Source: Macrostomum lignano
Taxonomy: Eukaryota
NCBI GenBank assembly: GCA_002269645.1
Contig: NIVC01005166.1
Coordinates: 1-23,975, forward strand
DNA length: 23,975 nucleotides
Reading direction: 5' to 3'
The translations under genes were made by a program, and so were the position numbers. Shown piece by piece: positions 1 through 13,200 of the stretch. Under the pieces are notes generated by a model. That model saw only the letters and a list, made by a program, of their open reading frames with translations, did not search any database and was not told where the DNA came from. Position 1 is the first letter of the stretch. Every line of letters begins with the position of its first letter.

Positions 1-209
1 CTCGTCAACGGCCAGGAATGGCCAGTTTGTCATCGACAGCCGGCTCTGCAGTCACGCTGATGCATGACTCTGCAGCCCAGCAGCTACAGCTACCGCTGCT
101 TGTAGTCGACAAAGGGGACACGGCACTGCTGGGACGAGACTGGCTGGCTCACCTTCGGCTGGACTGGCCGACAATTATGGCCCAGGTGCACGCCGTGTCG
201 ACGCGATAG
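1..209 (+). pseudogene. Retropepsin (aspartic protease) remnant
   Basis: LVNGQEW (frame 1), FVIDS (frame 2, 26-40) and GSAVTLM...LPLLVV...LLGRDWL (frame 3) rebuild the D[ST]G active site and LLGRD motif across two +1 frameshifts. The segment between the motifs looks shorter than usual. Confidence 0.75.
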
Positions 210-222
210 CGACATCAGCGAC

Positions 223-1565
223 TCGCTGTCCCGGCTGCCATTGCCGCAGCAGTTCGAGGAGAAGACAGCGGTTAACTCGCTGCTGATCGACGAGGGCGCA
301 GGTTCGGCCGCAACTGCAGCGACGGTGGCGCGGCTCACCAGGACGGATGCGGTGCTAGGGCGCGTGCTGCGCTGTCTGCAGACGGGTTCGACCATCTGCG
401 CCGACCTGACCGACTTCGCCAGGCGCCAGAGCGAGCTGTCCATTGACCAGGGCTGCGTGCTGTGGGGCGCTCGAGTTGTGGTGCCAGCCGCCTTGCGACA
501 ACAAGTGTTGAACGAGCTGCACCAAGCCCACCCTGGCATCAGCCGCATGCGCGCCCTCGCGAGAAGCTACGTCTGGTGGCCAAGTATCGACAAAGACCTG
601 GAAGCCGCAGTAAAAGCCTGTCGCACCTGCCAGCTCAATCAGGCGGATCCATCCAAGGCCCCGGTGCAGCCCTGGCCATTCCCGACTGAGCCATGGGAGC
701 GGTTGCACATCGACTACGCGGGACCTGTGGACGGCCGCACTTACCTGGTCCTGGTCGACGCGCACAGTAAGTGGCCAGAGGTGCACAGGGTGAGCAGCAC
801 CACTGCAACTGCGACGATCAGCTGTCTGCGAGAAATCTTCGCTCGTCTCGGCCTACCGAGAACCTTGGTGTCGGACAACGGGCCACAATTCGCTTCGGCC
901 GAGTTCGCTGAGTTCGTCAGTTCCAACGGCATCCGGCACATCTTCTCGGCGCCATTCCACCCGGCGACCAACGGCCAGGCTGAGCGCTTCGTCCAGGTGC
1001 TGAAGCGGCATCTGAGTAAGTGCGGTCACTCCGACGCGCAACTTCAACGACTGCTGATGGCCTATCGCAACACTCCGCACAGCGTCAGTGGCACCGCGCC
1101 GAGTCAGCTGCTCATTGGCCGCCGGCTGCGCAGCCGGCTGGACCTCCTGACACCATCGTTGACTTCGGCCATGCAACAGTGACAGCAGCATCAGCTTCAG
1201 CAGCAGCGGCCAGCGCGCCAGTTCCAGCCTGAAGATCGTGTGCTCTACCGCGATTTCAGCACTGCTGCTCGTGCAGGAGAAGCAGCCGCTGGGCCGAAGG
1301 TGTCATTGTCAATGCCGGCACTCGCAACTGCACAGTCGATTCTGGGCGCGGCGTACAAGCGCGACACGCTGACCAGCTGCTGGCGGCTCCCGCTGGGTTG
1401 GCCGAGTCGAATAGCAGCACAACCCCGGCCGAGGACTGCGCGGCACCTGACGCTGGCGGCACGCCAGCCTCGCCGCAGGCAGACACGGCTGACTCTGCTA
1501 ACGACGCACCCCGGCGCTACCCGACTCGAGTTCGAGCACCACCTGACAGATTGATGCTGCAGTGA
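223..1565 (+). pseudogene. Gypsy integrase with RNase H C-terminal remnant
   Basis: DSLSRLPLP (end of RNase H); zinc-binding LHQAHPG...CRTC; DDE triad LHIDYAGP / VSDNGPQF / NGQAERFV. After an in-frame TGA at 1180-1182 the frame continues RQFQPEDRVLYRDF. A frameshift near 1270-1285 leads to RWAEGV...RHADQL...RRYPTRVRAPPDRL and a stop at 1563-1565. Confidence 0.88.
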
Positions 1566-1577
1566 GGGTGTTAACTT

Positions 1578-1587
1578 AGGGGGGAGA
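1578..1587 (+). other. Polypurine tract (plus-strand primer)
   Basis: AGGGGGGAGA directly precedes the TGT that starts the LTR. Confidence 0.8.
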
Positions 1588-1840
1588 TGTGACATAGTGA
1601 CACGATGAACTTTGCTATAGGTTGCATGCACTGTAGTGTTGACTCACTAGCAGTGGAGTTGTTATTGATCGGCTTAGAGATTGTATTTTATTCGACCCCA
1701 CCCCATGCGCGCGTTTGAATCTGTCTGCACCCACCACCTCAGTGCTAAATAATAAATGTTAACAGCCTAGCTCTCAAGCGAGCACCTTTTACTCACTCCT
1801 GCAATTCCACACTTCTGCCTCGCTTAACAAAGTTATCACA
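1588..1840 (+). repeat. 3' LTR (about 253 bp)
   Basis: Starts TGTGA after the PPT and ends TCACA (5-bp terminal inverted repeat); AATAAA at 1751-1756. The right boundary is inferred because the 5' LTR is outside the window. Confidence 0.7.
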
Positions 1841-2420
1841 GATATACTGATATACTGTTTATGACGTTTTATGACTGATGATATGGTCATATGACAATGC
1901 TATTATCATAAGTCTACCTGAGCAAGAGCGGATTTTTGCTAATCAAGCTTAAGGTGTGAAGATGAGCACGGGAACTCATGCAGTGCTTTCAGTCGCCCGA
2001 AATGCTACCCCCCCCCCCAGGTTACCTTCTGCTCCGCTGGTCAATCGCGCGGCCAGGGGGAGCCAGACAGAATTCGAATCCCATTCTCAAACGCTCGGGC
2101 ATCGGTATGAATGCGAACTGCACGAGTGAGGAAGAAAATAGACTGCAATATCTAGGGCTGCCCATATCTCCTTGTGCATCACGAGTAACTGCGCCATATA
2201 AAGCACGTAGTGGGACTAAACTGCTAATCCTCTACGAACTAGCAAGCGAAGGGTTTTACGATGTGGGATTACTGGGATAATCGGCTTAGGCGGCAATGAA
2301 CGAGCCATTGAAAGGCGGCGCGGTTAGGAGAGATGCCTGAGTGACTGGGGACAGGACTTCACTTGTGTCTGTGCCAGGGAGAGGACTAACTTGCTCAAGC
2401 ATTGATCATGCAATTATACT

Positions 2421-4481
<2,061 letters not shown>

Positions 4482-5371
4482 TGAGATAGACAGACACTAG
4501 GACACTAATACAGACAGACAGACAGGCAGACAGGCAGCCCATGGACAATCAAAAAGCGGTCAGTACACCCAACCCAGAATCAACCGCAATCAGTCAGTAG
4601 TCTATTTATTGCTTTCCTTTGTCCCTTCGCTCCCGTTGATGCCCCAAATAGCGCCTGTCAGTCCTTTGTGTCGCTCCGCTTCATTAACCTCTTTTTCTGC
4701 GTGCCCCCAGCCAATGACACAGCCAGACGGGGCTCCATTGGCCAGCGGCAGGTAGGTGAGACAGAGCCAGGTGTTCTGCACTGCAAGCCGCGCTTCTTAA
4801 ATCAATCGATGATCAGCTCTGGACATCTCGAACTAATAAGAGCTACAGAATCCTTTCCCCATCTAAGAAAAGGGATCTTTTTGGCTTCTCCTCGGCAGCG
4901 GTTGTATAAAGCAATTCCATTTAGTTATTTCTTCAACAGCAACACTCAAGTCAGCTCCATTGCAGTGTCATCAGGAGACAGCAGCCCCTGAGTCTCGGCT
5001 TCAGACTCTTCTCAACTCTTCGAGTCTGAGCCCATTACCGAGTTTGAGCTGATAACCCAGCAGGACTTCGATAGGAGGAAAAACAATTAACAGTGGCTGA
5101 CCCCAAGCGAGGAAGCTTTAATAGGATAATCTCTAAGAGAGCGCTCGATCGAATCCCTAGAACCCAGATCGAAGTGGAGAAGCCAGTATAAGATAAAATA
5201 AGCAGAATTTCCGGCTTTATCGACGCGTCTTGAGTCGCTCAGTCTTGGCAGAAGAGCAGAGTGAGCCACCCAGCCACGCACCGGCATGAGCTGCAGATTT
5301 CGGCTGTGCCACTTGCTGGGGATTCTGGTGAGTTGGAACTCCTCGTTTATCTGCTGCTTACAGGCCTTGGT

Positions 5372-5550
5372 CTCTAATAGCCGGGATAATGAGATTAAAG
5401 TGGATATTGGGATGATGGGATTAAAGGGGATATTGGGACAATGGGATATTGGGATAATGGGATATTTGGATATTGGGATAATGGGATATTTTCAGAATGG
5501 GATTTTTCAGAATGGGATTTTTTGAAAAAAGGGATAATGGGATATTGTGA
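5372..5550. repeat. Degenerate TGGGATAT/TGGGATAA low-complexity repeat
   Basis: Repeated 8-9 nt GGGAT-containing units. Confidence 0.7.
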
Positions 5551-6048
5551 GCCTGGGCTAAGAGAAAAAAGTTTAACAAATACTTTAATCCCTGTCCTCA
5601 GTCTGCAGCAAAGGACAAAATTAGACAAGAAATGTTGTCACGAATTTTGCCTCAGCCCATTTTTTACAGAAAAAGTTTGTGTCAGATAAAGAAGACGTGC
5701 CGAAGAAGCAGGGAGCAGGTGAGGGAATTCTATAGCGGCTTGATAATTGAGGGGCTTCGGTAAGCAAGAGAGGATGGCCTGTACGAAAGAGGTTCAAGTT
5801 TACCTCTAAAGCAACCCCTGTAGAATTCTTACCTTATCCAGTCGATAAACTGTTCACTCGGGCCATTGAGTGAGTAGAAAATTGCAGTGCAAACATTTTA
5901 ATCAGCATTTCCATTGAAATCAGACCGAACAGAAAGCGTCATGAGACTTCAACTTGAAGGCTCGATAGCACTATAAATGCCATAATTTTGTTTGCCTATT
6001 GTTCTCACTTAACTTCTCTACCTTCACTATACTTTTCTGAAGTCTAAC

Positions 6049-6540
6049 CAGGTGTCACTGGCAGTCCCTGGCACTGAATTGCAGGTGTCACTGGCACTGA
6101 ATTACAGGTGTCACTAGCACTGAATTACAGGTGTCACTGGCACTGAATTGCAGGTGTCACTGGCACTGAATTGCAGGTGTCACTGGCACTGAATTACAGG
6201 TGTCACTGGCACTGAATTGCAGGTGTCACTGGTACTGAATTGCAGGTGTCACTGGCACTGAATTGCAGGTGTCACTGGCACTGAATTGCAGTGGTGTCAC
6301 TGGCACTGAATTACAGGTGTCACTGGCACTGAATTACAGGTGTCACTGGCACTGAATTGCAGGTGTCACTGGTACTGAATTGCAGGTGTCACTGGCACTG
6401 AATTGCAGGTGTCACTGGCACTGAATTGCAGTGGTGTCACTGGCACTGAATTACAGGTGTCACTGGCACTGAATTACAGGTGTCACTGGCACTGAATTAC
6501 AGGTGTCACTGGCACTGAAATGCAGGTGTCACTGGCACTG
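6049..6540. repeat. 23-bp minisatellite CAGGTGTCACTGGCACTGAATT(G/A), about 21 units
   Basis: Unit starts at 6082, 6105, 6128, 6151 and onward; includes a perfect 140-bp higher-order duplication. Confidence 0.97.
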
Positions 6541-6821
6541 TTGCCCCAGATTTTACTGAAGTTTAATGAAGACATAAAAAAGTCACCGAAAGGCAAGATT
6601 TATTAACAAAAGACAAAATTTATCCCTCGAGTTTTCGCATAAAAGTACACAAGCGTCAGTCGAGCGAGATGAGCGAGGACTTGAAGGAGAGGAGATGATT
6701 AGGACAAATAAGGACCCTCTGGATTTTATTCCGAAGCGAACTTCCCTCGTCACTGTCAAACTCGCGACAGGCAAGAGTAAATTACATGTGGCAGGACCTC
6801 GACAACTGACATTCAATACAG

Positions 6822-7241
6822 ATACGCCGAACTGTCGTCTTGTTGCTATGCCATCCGTTGCTATGGCAACCAATCAATGCCGGAGACGCAAACACTGGCC
6901 GAATTCAAGGGAGATGGTCACGGTTCGAATTGGCCAGCCAGTCCTGCTGCAATGTCCGGTGCTTCAACGAAGCTTCTACACCGTCAGCGTCAAGCCGAAG
7001 TACTTGGAGTGGTCTTTGCCCATGGGCCGGCCGCAACCAACCAAGTGTCCGGTCTACCTGATGAAGAGCGAAGACGAAGAGCCCGGCTGTCCGGGTGAGC
7101 TGACGGGACTCGGCGTGTCCTTGTGGCACCTCACCCAGCTCAGGGTTCACTCGGCGGAGCTGAGGCACGAAGGCCTCTACAACTGCTCGGTGTACTGGAA
7201 TGCGACCGGGGTGAACGGGGCGGTGCAGCTGCTGGTGCAGG
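6822..7241 (+). CDS. RPTP exon 1 (first found): Ig-like domain
   Basis: [14 protein letters not shown]...LEWS...[18 protein letters not shown]. Donor G|GTGAGT at 7241/7242; acceptor CTGACATTCAATACAG| at 6821 is inferred; phase 1-1. Confidence 0.75.
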
Positions 7242-10200
7242 GTGAGTCGTGGGGTGTAGGAAATGGAGTGTGGGTGTGGGAAATAGGGTGCGGGAAATAG
7301 GGAGTGGGAAATAGGGTGTGGGAATGAGGTGTGGGAAATGTGGTTTGGGAAATAGGGTTGTGGGAAATGGAGTGTGGGAAATACTGTAAATTAAGACAGG
7401 TAAAGTGTCTATCTGAGAGTCTATCAGAGTTTTTGTTTCTCTGTCTGTCTGTCCTTCGTTTCTCTCTCTCTCTTTGTCTCTCCCTCATTCGCCTTGCAAA
7501 ACAACTCTCGTCTCTGTAAAAATTAGTGGTCAGTGAGCAGAAAACTTGGCATGTATAACACAGGTAATTTGCTGTTTCAACTGACTAACCAGACGATAAT
7601 CACAATGAAGGTCATTTTCATCGCAGTTTACAGAGTCAAGCACTCTTAGAAATCAGGCATGCCCTGCTAGCTTTTTGCTTGATGCATGTGGCAGCGAATA
7701 GAAAAAGTGGTTAGTCAGAATACAAGCTCATTCTCAAGAATAAGATTGGTAAAAGCATAATAGTGGTCTGGCACGGCGCTCTGATGTGCCAGCGGCCCAG
7801 GCTCGATTCCAAGTGCAGTCACATTCATTTTGGGCTAAATTGGAATCTCGGCTTGGCTCTGCTCGTGCAGTTAACGGCCTTGAGGGCCAACCCCCAAGGC
7901 ACAGTGAAGTGTACATGCCTAACGATAAATAAAGTTAGGGCCGCTGTACACTCCTGTGTGAGTGTGTGCCTGTGCGTATGACTGCGTACGTATCCGCGCG
8001 CTTGTGTGCCTGCTCAGGGGAGTCGGCGGAATGGGCAGCAATGCCTCTCGCCGGTTGTGTGACAATGTCGCTTAAAGTGCGCCAGGGTGCACACAGCCCC
8101 TTGCTTCTCAAAAAAATGGTACCCACCGCCCCGTGTGTAGCTAAGGTTGGCTCAGGAGGGAAGTCGCTTAGAACCGATGAATACGCACTATGCCTCAGCT
8201 TAAAAGAGGTCAGAAAGAGTCAAAAAACGGAAAGTAAAAAGATGAGCAGTTCGATTATATTTAGCGGAGAGGAAGTTAATTCGCACGACCGTAAAACGTA
8301 GTGCCGGAGTGAGGCGGCAAAGAGCTCCTAGGAATAATTGAAATCGGGGGTACCAGGCCTAAATGCACATCGCAGTGGATAAAATTAAATATTTCTGTCT
8401 CCAGGCCTTTTAAAGCCTTTGCAGATCCACTGCATTAGCGGGAATTTCTTCTTATAATTTATTGTCACTTGGACTGAAACCAGAGCTCCTGACCCGAGAG
8501 CTTCGAGAGATTATAACCTGGAGCACTTGATCCTGAAGTTGAAGGACATTGGGAGTGACTAGATTTTCGATTCTCTCGTACTTCTATTTTAAAAGACATT
8601 CACTTTGTTGAAGTTTTGTAACTTTCTCAGTTGATCCGCGCAGTACCGCTTGGACTTTTGTTGAATAAAAAAATCTGTTTTTGTTTATTGCGCGCTAAAA
8701 AATGCTCATGAGGCCCCAGCCCTCAAGGCACAGATTGTGTGCATGCCGGACACTGAGAAAGTCAGTGTCAGGCCGCCGTAAACTCTGTGAGTGTTCGTGC
8801 TCGGAGCTGCGTGGAACGGGCATGCTGCCTCTTCGCTGGCTTGTGGTTCGACCGTCGCCCTGACTAATTGCGACAGCGCCCACAGCGCTTTCCTGAGCTG
8901 TTTGGCCGGGTTCTTGGGCGAGCGGTTCTCTTCACGCTCGTAACTTCCAACTTGAAAAAAACTACTTTAGACTAGAAGATTTTGATCCAACCTAAATCAT
9001 TGACGATTCATTCACTATCGAATACCCCGAGTAGTCTTTATTCAGGATTTATCGGGAATCGTCGAAAACACCTGACAGACAAGCCAACAGCGCCGCTGCA
9101 CTTGAACGCTACTGTGCTTGGCTCGCACGCGATTCACCTGACTTGGCAGCCTCCGCGTCATCTGCGCCACCTGCCGTTGACCTCCTACGAAATTGCCACG
9201 AGCAGCGGCACCTATCGTCACCTTGGAGACCGATTGATCTGGCATAGAGTTGAGCCTAGACGACTCAGCTACAGGGTGACAGGCCTGACAGCATACACTG
9301 AGTACTGCACCTGGCTGCGAGCCGCTAATCAGCTGGGCCCGGGACCGAGCACTCGCCGCTGCGAGCTACGAACTCTGGAGTCTCCACCGCAGCCAGCGGC
9401 CCTGTCCGCTACCGTCACCAACGTCCAAGCCACCAGCGCCAAGCTTCGATTGAGCGTTGCACCGGCCGGGCATCCGTCTCTGGGCGGCAGACTGCGCGAG
9501 GTCCGGGTGCGATGGCGTCGGACGCGCCACCTCGAATCGCACGCAGGCATGGAGGATCAGTGGACTGAGAAGACACTGGTTGCTAGGCAGTTTCGCAGCC
9601 GAACCACTGCCAGCCAGGACGTTGATCTGATGCTCGATGATCTCGAAGCTTTTAGCGGCTACAGTGTGCGATGCACCGTGCACAACTGGAGATACGCTGG
9701 GCCGGAGCTTCTACTGACTTTTGAAACACTGGAGGGCGGTGAGGAGTCTTATCTGTAGTTTTTCTCTGAACCTGGATGCAGTGCCTAAAGTGGGGTCACT
9801 TTCAGAAAATCAAAATTTGCATAATAAAAAATTCACATTGTTACTTTCACCGGAGAAAAGCTTCACAAGCTCGAAATTTTCGATTCAGCAGAAGTGCAGA
9901 CTAGAATGCAAGCCTTTTTGAACTTGTGAAATTTCGATCTCACGACCCCATAAAGTGGTTTTCGGTGCAGAAAATTTAGAAAACATACGTCATGTGCAGT
10001 CTGGCGTGTTTTATGAAGACTTTGCAAAATGTAGTGATACAATCGATCTTGGTTTCTAACCAATAAAACATTCAATTCGATTAGAACGTTCTGGGTTTGG
10101 ATGCATTCAGTAGTTCTTAGCATCTTGAATCGATGCGGGATCAATGTTTTAAAAGGATACTTAGATTTCAAACTTTACATTTCAATGCAGAAGCCCCAGC

Positions 10201-13200
10201 GCCCACGCTGGCCCAGGACACGCACGCCCTGTTCGACACGAATGTCAGCGTCTCCTGGTCTCGTCTAGCCAGAGTGCCGGGCCACCTGACCGGCTACCAG
10301 CTCTCGTTGTCCGGCCCCTTCAACAGTCGCCGGTTGATCAACATTTCCAGCGAGTTCACTCGGTACTGCATCGCTGGACTAAAGCCGGCCACTCGATACT
10401 CAATCACCATAGCAGCTGTCACTCGCGTCCGAGGCCCTGGGCGCGCGTCTAACCGAGTAGACATCGCCACGGAGCCCAGCTGGCCAAGCCGGCCGCGAGA
10501 TGTCCGGGTGGATGAGAGAAGCTACGAAGCCGGCCTGTTGGTCTCCTGGGCCAGTCGCGGCTTCTTCGTCGGTTCGCCCGCGGTTGACCGCTCAGAAACA
10601 CCGTATCCGCCCAACCTGCTGCTGTTCAGAGTTGAATGGCGGCTACGCAAAGTCTCCCAAGGTCTGCGGCTGGCAGGACGTCCAGGTGGTTCGAGGGAGA
10701 CCCTCGTGCTGAGTCAGCTGGGCCAATGCCGGGTCAATGCGGCGTGGAGGCCCAGGGCCCAGGTCGCGAATGCAACAGTCTACCCAAATGAATCAGCAGA
10801 GGCGAGGACTAAATACCTGAGCACGCGCATCTGTGTAGGTTTTTATGCTAGCCTAAGATGATCTATTTCAAATAGTATTTCCTTGATCCCCCTAGACTGA
10901 TGTCACACGAGTCTTTTTGGTCAGTTTCACTGGATCCATTCGTCAGCTAATAAAAACAACTCTGACTTTGCACGGGCTCAATTTAATCTAGAGCATATCT
11001 AAATTTTCAAGCAAAAGATCAGGAAAAGGCATGGTTAAATGAATCGAATGCTCTTTAGATGATAGAAGAAAGAATATTTCTCGTACAATAAAGGTTGGGG
11101 CCTAATAGTACTTTGACGGCTTTCGTCATTTCATGGCTAATTTTATACGTCAAATTCCGTAGCGGAATGCACTTTTTCAGCTTCTGCAAGGGCAGCTGTT
11201 TTCTGCTGTTTCTGATGGGCGATTTTGAGGCTTTGTAGGCGAAAAAATATCATTTTTCTCTTTGTTCATCTATTCAGGAGCTTTGGCTTGCTGCTGGGCT
11301 GTTTGAGAACTGGGGAAGGGGCGCAAGACTGTCTTGTAGGGATGGCAGCAGGTAGCAACTGAAACCTGACTCCCACGAGTTGACAAAATGATAGCCCTCT
11401 CATCCTGTGCTTGTATAATTGTAGTCTGCACTGTCTTTAGTAGCTAACAGTCTGCTATTTAGGAGCTATGTTTTTTTCATAGCAGATATAGAGACAGCTT
11501 AACCTCGGCAAGCTTATGTTGAAAATGAACAACGCTTGCGGAACCTCCCTACGAGCGTACTACTCTAGTTGCATGCATTGACTTCCTTCTCTTTCCGCTT
11601 CGCCAATCGTTATAAAACGTGACATAAAACGCTATCGTTTTATATCAGATTCCATTGACTAAAAATGCGGAAAAATGGGGTTGTCAATCTGCGCACTGCT
11701 AGAAGTCAACCAGTTCGTAGAATTTGGGCAGTTACATATAACAGGCAATTTGATATCTCTTTAATAACAAGGATAAAAGTTCAGTAGCACTGGCGGTCGA
11801 ACTCAACTTTAAAAAACATCCACTGAAACAATTTCTTAAATCTGCCTCAATCAACTCAGGAGTTAATACCCTGGACAACACTGGCAAGATCAATCGGAAT
11901 TGCAATCCAGCAGCATTCGAATCCATCAGCGCATGTCAGCCTGGACGTCGTGGTAACAAGCGTTGGATTGTCCCAGTGGGACCGCGACCGCAGGTATCCC
12001 GGGCACAAGGCAAAAACCGTCAGCGTCTCTGTGCCTCTTGCATATCTGTTAATCGACCGTTCGACTTGGGACGGCCTGGCTGACTTTAACAACGAATTCT
12101 CTAACGGCGACGAGTCGGCGATAGCTACAGGAGATCGGCGACGCCGGCAAGTGACGTCGGTGAGCATTGGACTCGGCGTTGGCTGCCTGTTTGCAGCGCT
12201 GGGACTGGTGGCGGCCGTGCTGCTGGCCTGGCAGTGGCTCTGCGGCAGGGCGACGCGTCGGAACCGAGGCGTCGGCAGTGCCAGCTATCGCAGACGAAGG
12301 CTGCGCGCCGTTGGCAGCAGCATAGGCGGCGGTGGAACCAAAAGCGGCTGCGGAGTGGAGATTGGAGATTCCGGTTAGGACGCATGTTTGACCTGCATAA
12401 GAACTCAATATTAGAGTCTTTTTTAGAATTTTCATGGTAGATAATTCTTTTAGCTTTAGACATTTTGTCGCGATTTTTTAATCCATTGCGTCATGGAAGC
12501 ATGGCACTTTAACATAAAAGTTCTCTTCGATACTTTGCTTGCTGACCTAATTCTGTCAGCATCAATTCACAAGTTGCAAGCATCTAGCTTAGCCCAAAGC
12601 CATGCAATCCTTTCAGATCCACACGACCCTGCTCAAACATCGGCTCTTCTGAGTAACCCGGCGGGCATGACTATAGCCGAATTCCGGGATCACGTGATCG
12701 CTTGTCACGCCAACGACGATTCCGGCTTTCAATCGGAGTTCCAGGAGCTCCAAAGCTCGGACCCGCCGATCTCGTTGACTGCATTAGATTGCAAACCAGA
12801 GTCCGAGGACAAGGAGAAAACGACGCGCGAAGCTTTTGTAGCTGCGTGCTGGAAATATCCAGAAAATTTGAGTAAAAATCGACACCCAGATGTTTACCCG
12901 TGTAAGTTTGATTATTTACGTTGTCCTTTGTCGATCTAAGATATTGATTGTACTTTCAATGGCATCCTTAAACTAGTTGCTATAAAATTTTTACCAGGAC
13001 ACAGTTCTTAGTTGGTCAAAAGTTGCCTTTCTTAACCGTCAATACAAATGTCTCTTGATGGTCGCTCCTGTCTCTTGGTAGACACTCCTGTCTCTTGGTA
13101 GGCGCTCGTGTCTCTTGGTGGTCGCTCCTGTCTTTTGGTAGACGCTCCTGTTTCTTGGTAGGTGCTCATGTCTCTTGGTAGGCGCTCCTGTCTCTTGATG

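Larger units (their letters stand above)
1..1840 (+). mobile_element. Ty3/Gypsy-type LTR retrotransposon, 3' part, internally deleted (no RT/RNase H), runs off the left edge
   Basis: Aspartic protease remnant, HHCC+DDE integrase, polypurine tract and a TG...CA LTR occur in Gypsy order (integrase last). Confidence 0.9.

Noticed and set aside
90-1631. Antisense and alternative-frame ORFs over the integrase
   Set aside because: GC-rich shadow ORFs with no motifs.
1978-2280. 100-aa ORF after the LTR
   Set aside because: No recognisable domain or signal peptide, and no convincing splice link to the RPTP exons.
6049-6540. CRISPR-like appearance of the 23-bp and 20-bp (13049-13652) arrays
   Set aside because: Units are head-to-tail with no unique spacers, there are no cas genes, and the context is eukaryotic.
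8372-8433. 9-bp inverted repeat GCAGTGGAT/ATCCACTGC
   Set aside because: Too short to distinguish from chance without other copies.
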